Virus record (IMG/VR): IMGVR_UViG_3300023174_000110
Span: 1-64,000 of that record
Direction: 5' to 3' (one strand)
Source: a virus
DNA length: 64,000 bases
This document shows positions 37,527 through 48,230 of this stretch, one piece after another. A program made the translations under genes and the position numbers. The notes beneath the pieces were generated by a model. It had not been told where the DNA came from and searched no databases. It worked only from the letters and a program-made list of their open reading frames with translations. The stretch's first letter is position 1, and each line of letters begins with the position of its first letter.

Positions 37527-38093
37527 TTAAGAGGTTCTGTAGTATTTGAGGGTGATATACAAGTCGGCACCAGCAACTGTTGATCCAGTAGTATTTATAT
37601 TTATACTAAAGAAATCTCCGGTATTTGCTGAAATAGGACTGATTACCTCTGATGAAACAGTTTGACCGGATACGATTGTTAAATTTGCACTAGGAATGCC
37701 ATTTTTACAAATTGAAAATGTTGCATTTGCTCCAATTGGTGCTGTTCCTACTCTTGCCAAAAAAGAAGTTGCCACAATAGGAGCAGACGGATAAAATCTA
37801 TTTAAATTATCCACAAAAGGAGTTAGTCCTCCTAATTTTGTATATTGTCTTTCCAATAAGGTTGCACCAGTAATTGTTTGTGCTGGAGATCCTGTAGAAT
37901 TATTAGCAGGAAAAAATATTGATGAAGCAAATAATGTTTGTGTTACCACATTAGATGTTATAATATTTCCTGTATAGGTGTTTCCTTGAACAACTAAATT
38001 TTGGCCAATAGAAACACCACCACCGGATGCCACAAGCTGACTGTCACCTACAATCAACCCATCAGTTTCTAATACTATTTTATTAATAGACAT
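37527..38093 (-). CDS. fibre-associated structural protein
   Basis: 188-aa ORF with beta-sandwich-like C-terminus. Confidence 0.6.
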   Translation of the reverse strand: MSINKIVLETDGLIVGDSQLVASGGGVSIGQNLVVQGNTYTGNIITSNVVTQTLFASSIFFPANNSTGSPAQTITGATLLERQYTKLGGLTPFVDNLNRFYPSAPIVATSFLARVGTAPIGANATFSICKNGIPSANLTIVSGQTVSSEVISPISANTGDFFSININTTGSTVAGADLYITLKYYRTS

Positions 38094-38105
38094 ATTATTT
38101 TTTTA

Positions 38106-41100
38106 TTATGCCTGAGCTTCTGTCCAGTTTAAACGAGCTTGACAGTTTGCTGAAGCGGTACCAATATTGGTTGCCAAAATTGTAACAACGTCAGGACCAT
38201 CTGGATAAATTCCTTGTCCTGGTGTATTAGATAAACCACCACCAATAATAGAGTTGCCCATTTCACGAAGGAAACCTAATTCGGATGATTGTACGGAAAA
38301 ATTACCAGAACCAGCAGAATTAACTGCATAGAAACCGTAAATATTTTCACCGCCAGTTACCGATACGTTACCAGTATGATCAGCAATTTGAGCCAAACTT
38401 GATGTTCCTGTTGCTAAACGACCAAAGGTTCCTAAACTACCACCTTGTGATACTACAGTACCGTTTAATACTAAGTTAACTAAAAATGAACCATTAACTA
38501 GAACACCAAGTGATTTTAATTGTAATTGCATACGGTTAACAATCTCTTTTTGACCAAGAAATCCTGTAATACCATTATCGACAGAAGGAGCAATACGAAT
38601 GCTTAATAAAGCGGCCGTAGCACCAGGAGCAACAGTAGTTTGAGTGAGTTCACCATAAGTAAATTGTAAATTTTTATCATCATCAAATCTACCGTCCATC
38701 ATTACAGAAGTTCCCCAATGGCTTAATGTTGGACCATAAGATGGATTATGTAAATATACTGCAATAGGACCTGTAGCACTATATGGATGATTTGTTGCTG
38801 CTACACCCATTTGATTAAAGTTTAATGTTTGTCCTGTAGCAGTTCCGGTGGCAGCTTGCGTCAATTGAATTGTGCTTGTGGCTCCAGGAATAATATTGAA
38901 AACGGATGTATTGTTTGGAATATTAGGACCATATACATACATTCCATTTTGTATTCCTGTTACAGAACTTGTTGTGGTAACATTAATTGAATTTGCAGTA
39001 GTTGAAATATTTGCAATAGTAGTTGTGGATCTACCTCTTGTTAAACCCGTAAATACTGTGTTAGATGAAATGCCTGTGTAATTAACATATTCATATGAAC
39101 CTTGGTTTGCAATTAATAAAGTTCCTGTACTTGGAAATCCAGCAGTATTAGCTACTGTTAAAGTTGTATCCGAATTCAAACAAGTTGCGGTTAAAACAGT
39201 TCTTCTTGCACTATTATCAACTTCATAACGAGCAGGTAAATTACCAGAACGCATATAAGCTTCAAAGTTCTGATTGCTGTTGACCATTCTGTGTACGTAA
39301 ATAATTTTACCTTGAGTATCACGGAATCCAAAACGAACTGTACCCGCACCATACCAAGAATAATCAATGAAGAACATTTGCATTTTGGATAAATCTAAAA
39401 CCATACCGCTTGGACCGGTTCCATCCAATTTATCAATATTGAATTGTGATTGTGGAGTTCTTATTTCGTTGGTTTTAGAAACAGTTACTCCATTACTACC
39501 TGTATAACTTGGTCCTCTGTATGGAGGAATAATTGTCATTGATGTATCACTAAGAATATCATTAACTCTATACGATACTCCACGAATTAATACAGTATCA
39601 CCAGGAACCAATTGTTTACTAAATTTGGTTGTTACACCATTAACAGGTGTTCCTGTAACTGTTGAAGAATTATTTGTTAAAGTTACATAACCAGAAAGTT
39701 GTTGAGTTGTATTTCTTCTAACTGCAAACAGTTGTTGACCATCAAATTCAAAGAAAAGACCATTATTACTGTCAAACATTCCTAGTCGAGCAGATGCATT
39801 ATACCATGATGTAACTGATACTGATGGTACACCAGAAGCTGGAGTTGCTGATGGTGTAGTAATAGCTGTGTATGTAAATACAAAAGGATTTAAAACAGCA
39901 GTAATAACAAATGTTCCGTTATAAGCGCTTTCAGTAGCACCTGAAACTTGTACAGTAACGCCTGCAGCTAATTGATGAGGAATTCTGGTTGTTACTGTGC
40001 AAGTTGTGCCTGATGAAGAAATTTCATCAATATTATAACTTGGTTTAAGAATTGTGCCAGAACTCATTTGTAAACCTTTACCTGATTGGTAACGGAAATA
40101 TTTACGAGTTTGACGAATAGCGGCACCACCAGAAGCAGAACTGCCTGATGAGAATTGAACACCACCATCAAAAGCACGGTGTGTAAAGAGTCCGTCAGGC
40201 CTTGGATAAATTGTACCAGCAGTAGCATTCAATGAAGTGGGAGTATTATTAACAATAACTTGAAAAACTGTACTTGATGTTACGGCAGCTACTGTCCATG
40301 CTCCATTTGGAGCATTTGCAACAGCAGTCATATTAATAAAATAAACTCCATCACCAACCTGAAAACCGTGTGGATCAGTTGTTGTTGCTGTAATTACTTG
40401 ACCTGATGCTGTTACAGAAGTAAAAGCAATATTTGTATTGCTATAAAAAGTTCCAGCATAAGCAACAGTTTGAGCAGAATTAAAAATTGAACCAGTTGAT
40501 CCTGTAAAACTGTTTCGTGCCGTGTAAGTAAACGTATTTAATGATGTATTATTTGCTTCAACCAAAAATGGCCCATTTCCTCCAGGGAAATAACTGTCAT
40601 TAACTAAAACTGGAGTACCAATTGCTGGTGGAGCAGATGGAGAAGTATTTGCCACAACTGCAGTAGAACCATTAGTTGCTCTTAAATCTAACAAAGCTAT
40701 TGGCGTCTGTGTATTTGTAAAAAATGAAGGACGATTATTTAATAAAGTCATATTTTCCCATTTTGTTGGCTGTAAACCAAATTCAAAATCGGTATCAATT
40801 AAAGATTCTGGTGAAGAAATTCTTAGTTTACCAACAGGATCTAAAAGTGAATCTGTTGGTTCAAATGATTCAGCAACTTCATCAACAACAATTTGTATTT
40901 TATCTGTTGATGACATACTAGTAGTATTATAACTTAATACAATGCTTGTAGTTGGCGGAGCAGATACATCTGTACCTTGAGCAATAATATAATTAGTAGT
41001 GGTAAGTGTTGGATCACTAAAATTATAAATTACTTTGTTTGTTGTGACATTCGTAATCAACAATAAACGTTCTTTTGGCAGAACTCTCGGTAGTACAATT

Positions 41101-41156
41101 GTTCTTGTTGATGGTGTGAATGTATAAGCGGTTTCTAAGATTATTCGTCTTGCCAT
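38106..41156 (-). CDS. large virion structural/fibre protein
   Basis: 1016 aa; DPVGKLRIS.P..LIDTDFE.G.Q.TKWE, RQTRKYFRYQSGKG, repeated T..T..H.L..G modules, ends WTEAQA. Confidence 0.75.
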   Translation of the reverse strand: MARRIILETAYTFTPSTRTIVLPRVLPKERLLLITNVTTNKVIYNFSDPTLTTTNYIIAQGTDVSAPPTTSIVLSYNTTSMSSTDKIQIVVDEVAESFEPTDSLLDPVGKLRISSPESLIDTDFEFGLQPTKWENMTLLNNRPSFFTNTQTPIALLDLRATNGSTAVVANTSPSAPPAIGTPVLVNDSYFPGGNGPFLVEANNTSLNTFTYTARNSFTGSTGSIFNSAQTVAYAGTFYSNTNIAFTSVTASGQVITATTTDPHGFQVGDGVYFINMTAVANAPNGAWTVAAVTSSTVFQVIVNNTPTSLNATAGTIYPRPDGLFTHRAFDGGVQFSSGSSASGGAAIRQTRKYFRYQSGKGLQMSSGTILKPSYNIDEISSSGTTCTVTTRIPHQLAAGVTVQVSGATESAYNGTFVITAVLNPFVFTYTAITTPSATPASGVPSVSVTSWYNASARLGMFDSNNGLFFEFDGQQLFAVRRNTTQQLSGYVTLTNNSSTVTGTPVNGVTTKFSKQLVPGDTVLIRGVSYRVNDILSDTSMTIIPPYRGPSYTGSNGVTVSKTNEIRTPQSQFNIDKLDGTGPSGMVLDLSKMQMFFIDYSWYGAGTVRFGFRDTQGKIIYVHRMVNSNQNFEAYMRSGNLPARYEVDNSARRTVLTATCLNSDTTLTVANTAGFPSTGTLLIANQGSYEYVNYTGISSNTVFTGLTRGRSTTTIANISTTANSINVTTTSSVTGIQNGMYVYGPNIPNNTSVFNIIPGATSTIQLTQAATGTATGQTLNFNQMGVAATNHPYSATGPIAVYLHNPSYGPTLSHWGTSVMMDGRFDDDKNLQFTYGELTQTTVAPGATAALLSIRIAPSVDNGITGFLGQKEIVNRMQLQLKSLGVLVNGSFLVNLVLNGTVVSQGGSLGTFGRLATGTSSLAQIADHTGNVSVTGGENIYGFYAVNSAGSGNFSVQSSELGFLREMGNSIIGGGLSNTPGQGIYPDGPDVVTILATNIGTASANCQARLNWTEAQA

Positions 41157-41168
41157 TTTAATTTTCCT

Positions 41169-42527
41169 TTAAGGTCCTAGCATTATATTTAGTGGTGTAA
41201 ATGGTGTTGTTATATATGTATAATCTTTTGGTATTACTTGGTTCGATGTATAAGTACCAAAAAATCCTAAACTTGGCGCTGGCGCCGAAGCAAATATAAT
41301 TTGATTATTTGAGAAAATATAACCTCTATCAAATAAAGAAATTTCCGTCAAATTAACCAAATCATCAATTCTGGTTGCTGGGTTTATTTTTATATTTCCT
41401 ATTGATATATTTAGTTGAACTGGATTAGTAGGAATAACCGCTTGGCCGCCAGAATGTGTTAAATCAAAATTGGTTGTTTTGCCATCAAACTTTTGTGAAA
41501 TATCATCTAATACATAGGTAACAAAGGTTGTGGCCACATTGAAGGTTGAACCATCAGGAAAGTTAAGTCCATTATTACCTGTAATATAAATTTGACTTAC
41601 ATAGAGGTTACCTTTAATTCCGGCACCGCCTCTAACTTGCAAAGAACCTGTGGTGTTTGACACAGCATCTTCTGTATTCAGAAGAATTAACTGTTGAGTG
41701 ATTGAACCTCCGTCAAAATTACTTCCACCACCGCCACCACCTGAACCACCACCAAAAGTATTTGCTTTATCAAAAGCAGCTTGAGCTAAAACAAGTGAAT
41801 TATTTGCTCTTAAAAACGCACTATTGGTATAAGAAAAAGAATTTGCTACAGAAGCATTTTGAGAATCATTAATACCTTGTACATAAATTTGTGTGGTTGT
41901 TAAACCTGCTTGTACTGTGTTGGCCAAAGAATAAGCAAATTGTGAATATGTGCTTACTTGGCTAATTTGTACCGCATTTGTATTTGTTGAACCAAATGCC
42001 GATTGGGCATATTGATTAACAGCTGTTATTAAAGCATTTTGTGAATCTTGTTGGCCTTGTAATACAACAGTATTCGAATTGGCAGTATTTAATGCACCTT
42101 GTAAATATACGGTATTTGCTGAAGCTGTATTAGCTTGTTGAAAAGCACTTTGAGCAAAAGAACTTACAGAATTAATAAAAGCATTTTGACCACTATTAAC
42201 ACCTTGAATAACGGTAATTGCAGCATTTTGTGTATCTTGTTGGCCTTGTAATACAACAGTATTTGCGGCCGCTGTATTGGCTGCCAAAAATGCCGCATTG
42301 GCATTGGTTCTGGCTAATTGATCAACGGAATTAAGTGAGCCTTGAGAGAGCCATTGTCTATTACCTGGTGCAGTTGCGCTATAAATTAAAACTTCACCAG
42401 TATTGCCAACACCTAAATTTGGTTCCGCAGAACTTAAATCCAGATATTCATATCTATCTGATGTTACACTGGACGAATTACTTACCGGAACTCGCCCACT
42501 AATTAATCTTGAATCTTTATTAGGCAT
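41169..42527 (-). CDS. fibre protein with coiled-coil stalk
   Basis: AEPNLG N-terminus, QAAF..ANT repeats, LDDIS..FDG domain; 30-bp exact repeat at 42045-42074 and 42234-42263. Confidence 0.7.
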   Translation of the reverse strand: MPNKDSRLISGRVPVSNSSSVTSDRYEYLDLSSAEPNLGVGNTGEVLIYSATAPGNRQWLSQGSLNSVDQLARTNANAAFLAANTAAANTVVLQGQQDTQNAAITVIQGVNSGQNAFINSVSSFAQSAFQQANTASANTVYLQGALNTANSNTVVLQGQQDSQNALITAVNQYAQSAFGSTNTNAVQISQVSTYSQFAYSLANTVQAGLTTTQIYVQGINDSQNASVANSFSYTNSAFLRANNSLVLAQAAFDKANTFGGGSGGGGGGSNFDGGSITQQLILLNTEDAVSNTTGSLQVRGGAGIKGNLYVSQIYITGNNGLNFPDGSTFNVATTFVTYVLDDISQKFDGKTTNFDLTHSGGQAVIPTNPVQLNISIGNIKINPATRIDDLVNLTEISLFDRGYIFSNNQIIFASAPAPSLGFFGTYTSNQVIPKDYTYITTPFTPLNIMLGP

Positions 42528-42535
42528 TTGTTATT

Positions 42536-42874
42536 TTATTGATTAGCAGTTTCTAAGTAAGACAATAACAATTGTCCTCTATTATTGGCATCAGCAATTG
42601 CAGTAAATGAATCTCCTGTTTGTAGAATTAATTTACCTGTTAATAAAGTGGCGGCATCTCTAATAGGAATAGTGGTGTTTCTAATGATTGAAGTAACATT
42701 TGAACCTCTAACGTGATTTGCAGAAACTGTTACAGAATTGGTTGTATCTATATTTGAAACTTGAGCCAAAAGAATAACTGTGGTTACTCCAGCTGGTGCG
42801 GTATATATTGTCTGTTGAACTGTTGTTACATTCGCTGTAGTTGTTTTAAATGTGTTTAATGCTATTGTAGCCAT
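42536..42874 (-). CDS. small beta-sandwich fibre adaptor
   Basis: TIYTAP.GVTTVIL.AQVSN...KLIL.TGD; similar to 46520..46849. Confidence 0.65.
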   Translation of the reverse strand: MATIALNTFKTTTANVTTVQQTIYTAPAGVTTVILLAQVSNIDTTNSVTVSANHVRGSNVTSIIRNTTIPIRDAATLLTGKLILQTGDSFTAIADANNRGQLLLSYLETANQ

Positions 42875-42877
42875 TTT

Positions 42878-44656
42878 TTAAGTCTCCAGAGCAAGAATAT
42901 ATGGCGTCATTTCTGCAAAAAGACTTTTTGAGAAAGTTCTACCTGTAATGGTTGATGTTGATTGGTTAATTACTAATTCCGATACCTTAAAGTTTCCGTC
43001 TTGATCGGTAGATGTAGCAAACACTGCACCTTCACCAATTGTAATAATTTGTGATTCCACATTTGGTACCCCACCTGATTTTGGCAAAGAATTTATACTA
43101 GTACCAGCACCAACAAATTCAAATGTTTGGCCAGAAGCTCTTAATTGACTTTGTTGAAAAAATGAAACTGTTGTTCCACTTGGCCAACTAACAGGTAATG
43201 AAGTTTGAAATGTTACTCGTGTATTTCCTGCAGACAATGGAGTTGCCTCAGCAACTGAATAATAATTGTCTACATTATCTCCAGTAATTTTCATTACTAA
43301 ACCAGAATACGGTACGCTGGCGGTAATACCTAAATCGGTATTTGAACTAATTGTATTTAGGAAAATAGAGGTACAGGCCTCTGCCGATGTATTAGCAAAA
43401 CGGGCTGTCATTGCTAAAGAACCTTTACCATTAGCCACTAGACCTTTGTTACCAAAGTTAACGTTACAGTTACCCATTGAAGCAGTACCACCATTATCAG
43501 CTAAAAAAGCAGTGTCACAGAAAATGCCGTAAATAGAAACCAACTGAGAATATCCGTCATTGGTAATATGAATGCCTCGACCATTAGAATTTACTTGTGT
43601 AAATTGTGCAGAAATAATACTCTTATTTCCTGTTGATAAAGCTCCATCAACTTTAATGCCGGTACCATTTGAAGTAATAGAAGAACAATTATAAATGTAA
43701 GGACTACCTGTAATATTGGTTGAATATCTTGTTGTGTTGGCAGCAGGTGTCGTTCTTAAAGGAATACCAATCGTATAGGTGGATGTATTGGTTGGAAAAG
43801 GATTCCAATTTACATCCATTGTACAAACTCTAGTTGCGGCATTATAAGATGCCACATTTGAAAATTGTCCAGCACCAATACCGCCAGTAATAGTAATTCT
43901 CATACTATTATAATAATTATCGTAAGGCAAACCTGATCGTAGAGTGAACGTGTTTTGTGTTGCAGCTACCGTAGTATTGGCATCAATGACTAAATCTGGA
44001 AAAGCAATTGCAGATTTGGAATAATTTATAAATTTAAAACCGGTCACATAAGAATTGTTATTTACCCAAATAATATCTTTAGTTGGATCAGAAGGCTGAA
44101 TAATACAAGCTCTTTCACCAGCACCTACTAATTGTACGTTTTGTGGAAGAATTAAAGGATTAAGTTCTGTGTAAGTACCACCAAATACTTGAACGATATC
44201 AGTTGGTTGAGCTAAAGCTAATGCAGCACGAATGGTCGCTTTGGCGCCAGATGGTGTCGTTCCATCAAAAGTATCTGAACCGTTTGTTGAAACATAGTAT
44301 GTTTTACCTACAGCTCTTGTTGAAAGGTCAATAATGCGACCTGTTGTGAGCTGCATATACAATTTACCATCGACTAAATTACCAAACAATTCACCTGGTA
44401 ATAAGGTATTGGCTGGCGGAACATAACCTGCGGTATTACTTACTGTAATTCTATTATTGGTGGGAGTTGTATTCGCTTTGTTAAAAGCAGCTTGAGCAAA
44501 CGCTGCGGTTGCCATTGGAGTACCACCAGGAGTGACGGCATCGTGAACAACAATAACTTTCTTGTCCGTGTCTACTGTAACCTCGGCAAACGCACCGGTG
44601 AAGGTAGAGTGCTGGGCGGTGTTACCTTTTCTGAATTGTAATTGTGTAGCTGGCAT
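42878..44656 (-). CDS. tail fibre/spike with Mtd-N-like N-terminus and beta-helix-like region
   Basis: QLQFRKG.TAQH..FTGA..EVTVDTDK..VVHD..T.GG; YYVSTNGSD...G...A.ATI..AL. Confidence 0.75.
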   Translation of the reverse strand: MPATQLQFRKGNTAQHSTFTGAFAEVTVDTDKKVIVVHDAVTPGGTPMATAAFAQAAFNKANTTPTNNRITVSNTAGYVPPANTLLPGELFGNLVDGKLYMQLTTGRIIDLSTRAVGKTYYVSTNGSDTFDGTTPSGAKATIRAALALAQPTDIVQVFGGTYTELNPLILPQNVQLVGAGERACIIQPSDPTKDIIWVNNNSYVTGFKFINYSKSAIAFPDLVIDANTTVAATQNTFTLRSGLPYDNYYNSMRITITGGIGAGQFSNVASYNAATRVCTMDVNWNPFPTNTSTYTIGIPLRTTPAANTTRYSTNITGSPYIYNCSSITSNGTGIKVDGALSTGNKSIISAQFTQVNSNGRGIHITNDGYSQLVSIYGIFCDTAFLADNGGTASMGNCNVNFGNKGLVANGKGSLAMTARFANTSAEACTSIFLNTISSNTDLGITASVPYSGLVMKITGDNVDNYYSVAEATPLSAGNTRVTFQTSLPVSWPSGTTVSFFQQSQLRASGQTFEFVGAGTSINSLPKSGGVPNVESQIITIGEGAVFATSTDQDGNFKVSELVINQSTSTITGRTFSKSLFAEMTPYILALET

Positions 44657-44681
44657 GGAATATCTCTATTAAGTTATCTTA

Positions 44682-44689
44682 TATTTATA
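44682..44689 (-). promoter_or_regulatory. T4 late promoter
   Basis: TATAAATA upstream of the Mtd-N gene. Confidence 0.75.
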
Positions 44690-44702
44690 TTATTATTTCC
44701 GA

Positions 44703-46499
44703 TTAGGTCAACGTACCCATATCAAGAAGTACACTCGGATTTTCCCAAACAAAACCTAAATCAACATATGGAAAACCGGTACTAGTACCACCACCAGTAC
44801 CATTTATAGCAGTCAAAGTAGTCCATTGTAATCTTCCGTAACCATCAGTTATTAAGGACTGACCAGTAACACCATCATAATTTGGTAAAGTATATACTAC
44901 ATTACCGCTGGTGTTGGCAATTCTTACAGCACCGTTGGCTTGTAGTGTACCAGCAAAAATTGTGTTGCCCGTGACCAAACCACCGGTGAATGTGCCACTT
45001 CCGCCTCCACCTTGAATGGTGTTAGCGTAATTGAAAGCCGCTTGAGCCAATGTTGTAGCAATGTTTGCTTGACCATAAGCTAAAGTGATATTGGTATTTT
45101 GAGTATCATTAACACCTTGAGTATAGATCGTATTGGCTTGCGCTGAATTGGCAGTTGCCAAAGCAGCATTTGCATTGGCTCTAGCAATAAGGTCTATTGA
45201 ATCTGATATACCGGTATTGGCTCTATTAAAAGCCGCTTGAATAAATGTATTTTGACCTGAAGCAACACCTTGTAAATAGATTGTGTTTGCTGAAGCTGTA
45301 TTAGCTGTATTAAAAGCTGCTTGTGAAAAAGCATTTTGACCTAAAGTGATACCAAATATTTGTACTATATTGGCATTGGCTGAAGTCATTGCTCCTTGTA
45401 ACAAGGAGATATTGGTATTCTGAGTTGTATCTACACCTTGAGTATAGATGGTATTGGCTTGTGCTGAATTGGCAATTGCCAAAGCAGCATTGGCATTAGC
45501 AAAAGCCGAACCAGCAAATGTATTAACAAATCCAATATTTGTTGTGTTTGTATTACTTGCCGCATAAGCCGCATTAGCATATGTCTGACTGGCAATTCTA
45601 TCATAGGTTATACCATTATTGGTAAATTCCCAAGCATTGTTTGCTTCAGACCATAATAGTTTTGTATTGGCCAATGAACCACGATTAATTTCAATGCCAG
45701 CATTTGATGTTGGTACACCAGTTACATTTGAATTCAATGTAATGATGTTATCTTCAATATTTAAATTAACCGTGTTGGCGTAAAATGTTGTACCTGTAAC
45801 GGTTAAATTTCCTGATACTACTGTATCTCCAGAAATTGTTCCACCAGAAGAATTGAATTTGGTATTTGCAGTGTTAAAAGCTGCCTGTGCTTTAGCATCA
45901 GCGGCCACAATATTGGTATTTTGTGTAACATTGGTGCCTTGAATAACAACAATATTTGCTGTTGCTAAATTTGCAGTATCTCTGGCATACTGGTCAATTG
46001 AAGTAGTTACACCAGTATTTGCTTTATCAAAAGCTGCTTGAGCTTTTACATCAGCGGCTGTAATATTGGTATTTTGTGTAAGATTAACAGTTTCTATAAT
46101 ACTCAAACGAGTATTTTGAGTATCATCTATACCTTGAATATAAATTGTGTTTGCTGAAGCTGTATTGGCTGTAGCCAAAGCCGCATTTGCATTTGCTCTG
46201 GCAAATGGGTCAATTTGTGTATCACTAACAAGTGTATTGGCGTAATTGAAAGCTGCTTGAGCCAATGTTGTGGCAATATTTGCCTGACCATATGCAGAGG
46301 TTGCATAGGTGTTAACATTGGTTATTGTGGTGTTTTGATAATCATTTACTGAAAATAGTAAAGCAATATTGGCATTGGCACCAATAATTGAATCGTATAC
46401 ATTGACCGTATTTACAAGTAAATTATTAGCCGTGACTGTGTTAAAATAAAAGTCACCGGTTTGGTCTACTGCTAATGGTTGTATCTTTAAGGTGGTCAT
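44703..46499 (-). CDS. fibre protein with repetitive coiled-coil stalk
   Basis: Multiple AQAAFN.ANT and NTIY.QG..DTQNTNI repeats; EDNIITLN...AGIEINRG domain. Confidence 0.75.
   Translation of the reverse strand: MTTLKIQPLAVDQTGDFYFNTVTANNLLVNTVNVYDSIIGANANIALLFSVNDYQNTTITNVNTYATSAYGQANIATTLAQAAFNYANTLVSDTQIDPFARANANAALATANTASANTIYIQGIDDTQNTRLSIIETVNLTQNTNITAADVKAQAAFDKANTGVTTSIDQYARDTANLATANIVVIQGTNVTQNTNIVAADAKAQAAFNTANTKFNSSGGTISGDTVVSGNLTVTGTTFYANTVNLNIEDNIITLNSNVTGVPTSNAGIEINRGSLANTKLLWSEANNAWEFTNNGITYDRIASQTYANAAYAASNTNTTNIGFVNTFAGSAFANANAALAIANSAQANTIYTQGVDTTQNTNISLLQGAMTSANANIVQIFGITLGQNAFSQAAFNTANTASANTIYLQGVASGQNTFIQAAFNRANTGISDSIDLIARANANAALATANSAQANTIYTQGVNDTQNTNITLAYGQANIATTLAQAAFNYANTIQGGGGSGTFTGGLVTGNTIFAGTLQANGAVRIANTSGNVVYTLPNYDGVTGQSLITDGYGRLQWTTLTAINGTGGGTSTGFPYVDLGFVWENPSVLLDMGTLT
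45025..46292. repeat. intragenic direct repeats (45025-45077 / 46240-46292 and 45112-45176 / 45433-45497)
   Basis: 49/53 and 61/65 nt identical by manual alignment. Confidence 0.8.
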
Positions 46500-46519
46500 G
46501 TCGGTCCTTTAATTAGTTT

Positions 46520-46849
46520 TTAACTAATTTCACTACCAAATACATTAAAACTCACCGTGTTAGTGTTAGCATTACAAGAAATAACATCAGTAGCAGCTAA
46601 TGTGATACCGAGTGTTAGTGTGGTTGTTTGATACCCAGCTAATAGAGTTCTATAGCTTACATAGTGTTTTGCTTCTAGAGTTGCACCTGCCGGCCGAACC
46701 GCCAAATCAAAATTAGCTGGAGTTGCTGACTGATTACAAATTGCAACGGTACTAACCACCGCACTAGTAGCTCCTGGTACGGTATACAAAGTTGTAACAG
46801 TATTAATTGCTGGATTGGATTGTCCTAGTACTTTATAAACTATCCCCAT
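46520..46849 (-). CDS. small beta-sandwich fibre adaptor
   Basis: YKVLGQSNP...TTLYTVP...VVSTVAICNQ...SFNVFGSEI. Confidence 0.65.
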   Translation of the reverse strand: MGIVYKVLGQSNPAINTVTTLYTVPGATSAVVSTVAICNQSATPANFDLAVRPAGATLEAKHYVSYRTLLAGYQTTTLTLGITLAATDVISCNANTNTVSFNVFGSEIS

Positions 46850-46859
46850 ATTTTTTCCT

Positions 46860-47522
46860 TTAAGCGCCCATTAATAAAAATGGACTAAGAATATTATTTG
46901 TTGTGTAATTAATGGTATATAGTGTCGTATTGGACGTGCCTACCGTAGTTACTTCAACAATAATATTGTTTGCTGGCGCTGAACTAGTTGTTAATAAAGA
47001 ACCAACAACCGTATAATAACTTCTAGGTTGTGCAACACCACCAATTACTAAAGTTGTATAATTAATATCTGTAGGTGTTACCGTTAAATTAAAAAATCTA
47101 TTTGAACCATTACCTAAAAAAGTATTAACCGTAGAAGTTAATACTCCGCCACTTCCACCAGAAGCATTATTTGCGGCATCAAAAGCTGCTTGAGCTAATT
47201 GTTGAGTGGCTGCATCACCAAATGTAATTGTTTTGGTGATTGTATTGGTTGTAATACTAATACCATTTGCGGCCGCTAAATTTAATGTGTCTGTAGGAGA
47301 TGTAGCAAGAACTAAAGATGAATTTGCATTAACAGTTGCAAATGATGATGTATTGGAAGCATTTGCACCAGAAGTAAATGCTACAATTGAATTGTTGGCG
47401 TTTTTATAAAATAATTTTCCATCGGCGTAATTGATCGCCAACTCACCAAATACTAGTGATGATGGTACATTATTTGCTACACCTGAATTTCTTAACTTTA
47501 CAGTCGTGTTTGCAATTGCCAT
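46860..47522 (-). CDS. short fibre/connector protein
   Basis: N-terminal PSSL.FGELAINYADGKLFYKN domain; ends SPFLLMGA. Confidence 0.7.
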   Translation of the reverse strand: MAIANTTVKLRNSGVANNVPSSLVFGELAINYADGKLFYKNANNSIVAFTSGANASNTSSFATVNANSSLVLATSPTDTLNLAAANGISITTNTITKTITFGDAATQQLAQAAFDAANNASGGSGGVLTSTVNTFLGNGSNRFFNLTVTPTDINYTTLVIGGVAQPRSYYTVVGSLLTTSSAPANNIIVEVTTVGTSNTTLYTINYTTNNILSPFLLMGA

Positions 47523-47526
47523 TTAC

Positions 47527-48210
47527 TTAAAAACTTCCGCCGTCCTTATCTAGTGTATCCGAAACAAATAAATCTGAAGTAGGAGTTTCTATTTCTTTAG
47601 CTCTTTCTTCATCAACTTTCTTTCGCTTTGCAGGAGTTAATTGTAAATATTCAATTTTTTGTGATAATTCAGCAATTGCTTTATCTTTATCAATATTAAT
47701 TTTCTCAATAATACCATTTTTTTGAATGATAATATTTTGTGAATTAGTAAGTTCAGCTTGTAATCTATTAACTTGGTCTTTTAAACTTTGTTGATTAACA
47801 TTTTGTGCTTTAATTTCTTCTAATTCTTTTTGAGTTTTAATCAATTCATTTCTAAACGTATCAACGTGTTGAACTTGATGTTTTACATTTTCATATTCAT
47901 TTTTAAGTTTGTCGGCTTCAGCAATTTGTTCATTTAAACCTCTAATGGTATTTAAATGCTCTTTAATACTATTTTCTAAATTTTGATACTTTTCTTTGTC
48001 AGAAACCTCTTTAGTATTTTGTATAGATTGATTATCTTTTTTTAAAGATTCAATAGTATTTTGTAAATCTTCAATTGCTTTAGCTTGATCTTCAATTGCT
48101 TCTTTACTAATTCTTTCATTTGTTTGTAATGATATGTTTCTAATTAAACAATCATTCATTGTAGCAATTAAATTTTCAATATAATAATTAACAAACTTTT
48201 CATTTCCCAT
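47527..48210 (-). CDS. coiled-coil protein
   Basis: Charged heptad-rich sequence, ends DGGSF. Confidence 0.7.
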   Translation of the reverse strand: MGNEKFVNYYIENLIATMNDCLIRNISLQTNERISKEAIEDQAKAIEDLQNTIESLKKDNQSIQNTKEVSDKEKYQNLENSIKEHLNTIRGLNEQIAEADKLKNEYENVKHQVQHVDTFRNELIKTQKELEEIKAQNVNQQSLKDQVNRLQAELTNSQNIIIQKNGIIEKINIDKDKAIAELSQKIEYLQLTPAKRKKVDEERAKEIETPTSDLFVSDTLDKDGGSF

Positions 48211-48230
48211 TTCAAACTCCTAAATTGTTG

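Noticed and set aside
33027-44656. Diversity-generating retroelement (Mtd-N domain plus repeats)
   Set aside because: No reverse transcriptase in the window, and the repeats lie inside paralogous coding regions rather than forming a TR/VR pair with adenine-specific mismatches
41169-46499. CRISPR array
   Set aside because: Repeats are in-frame coding repeats with irregular spacing and no cas genes
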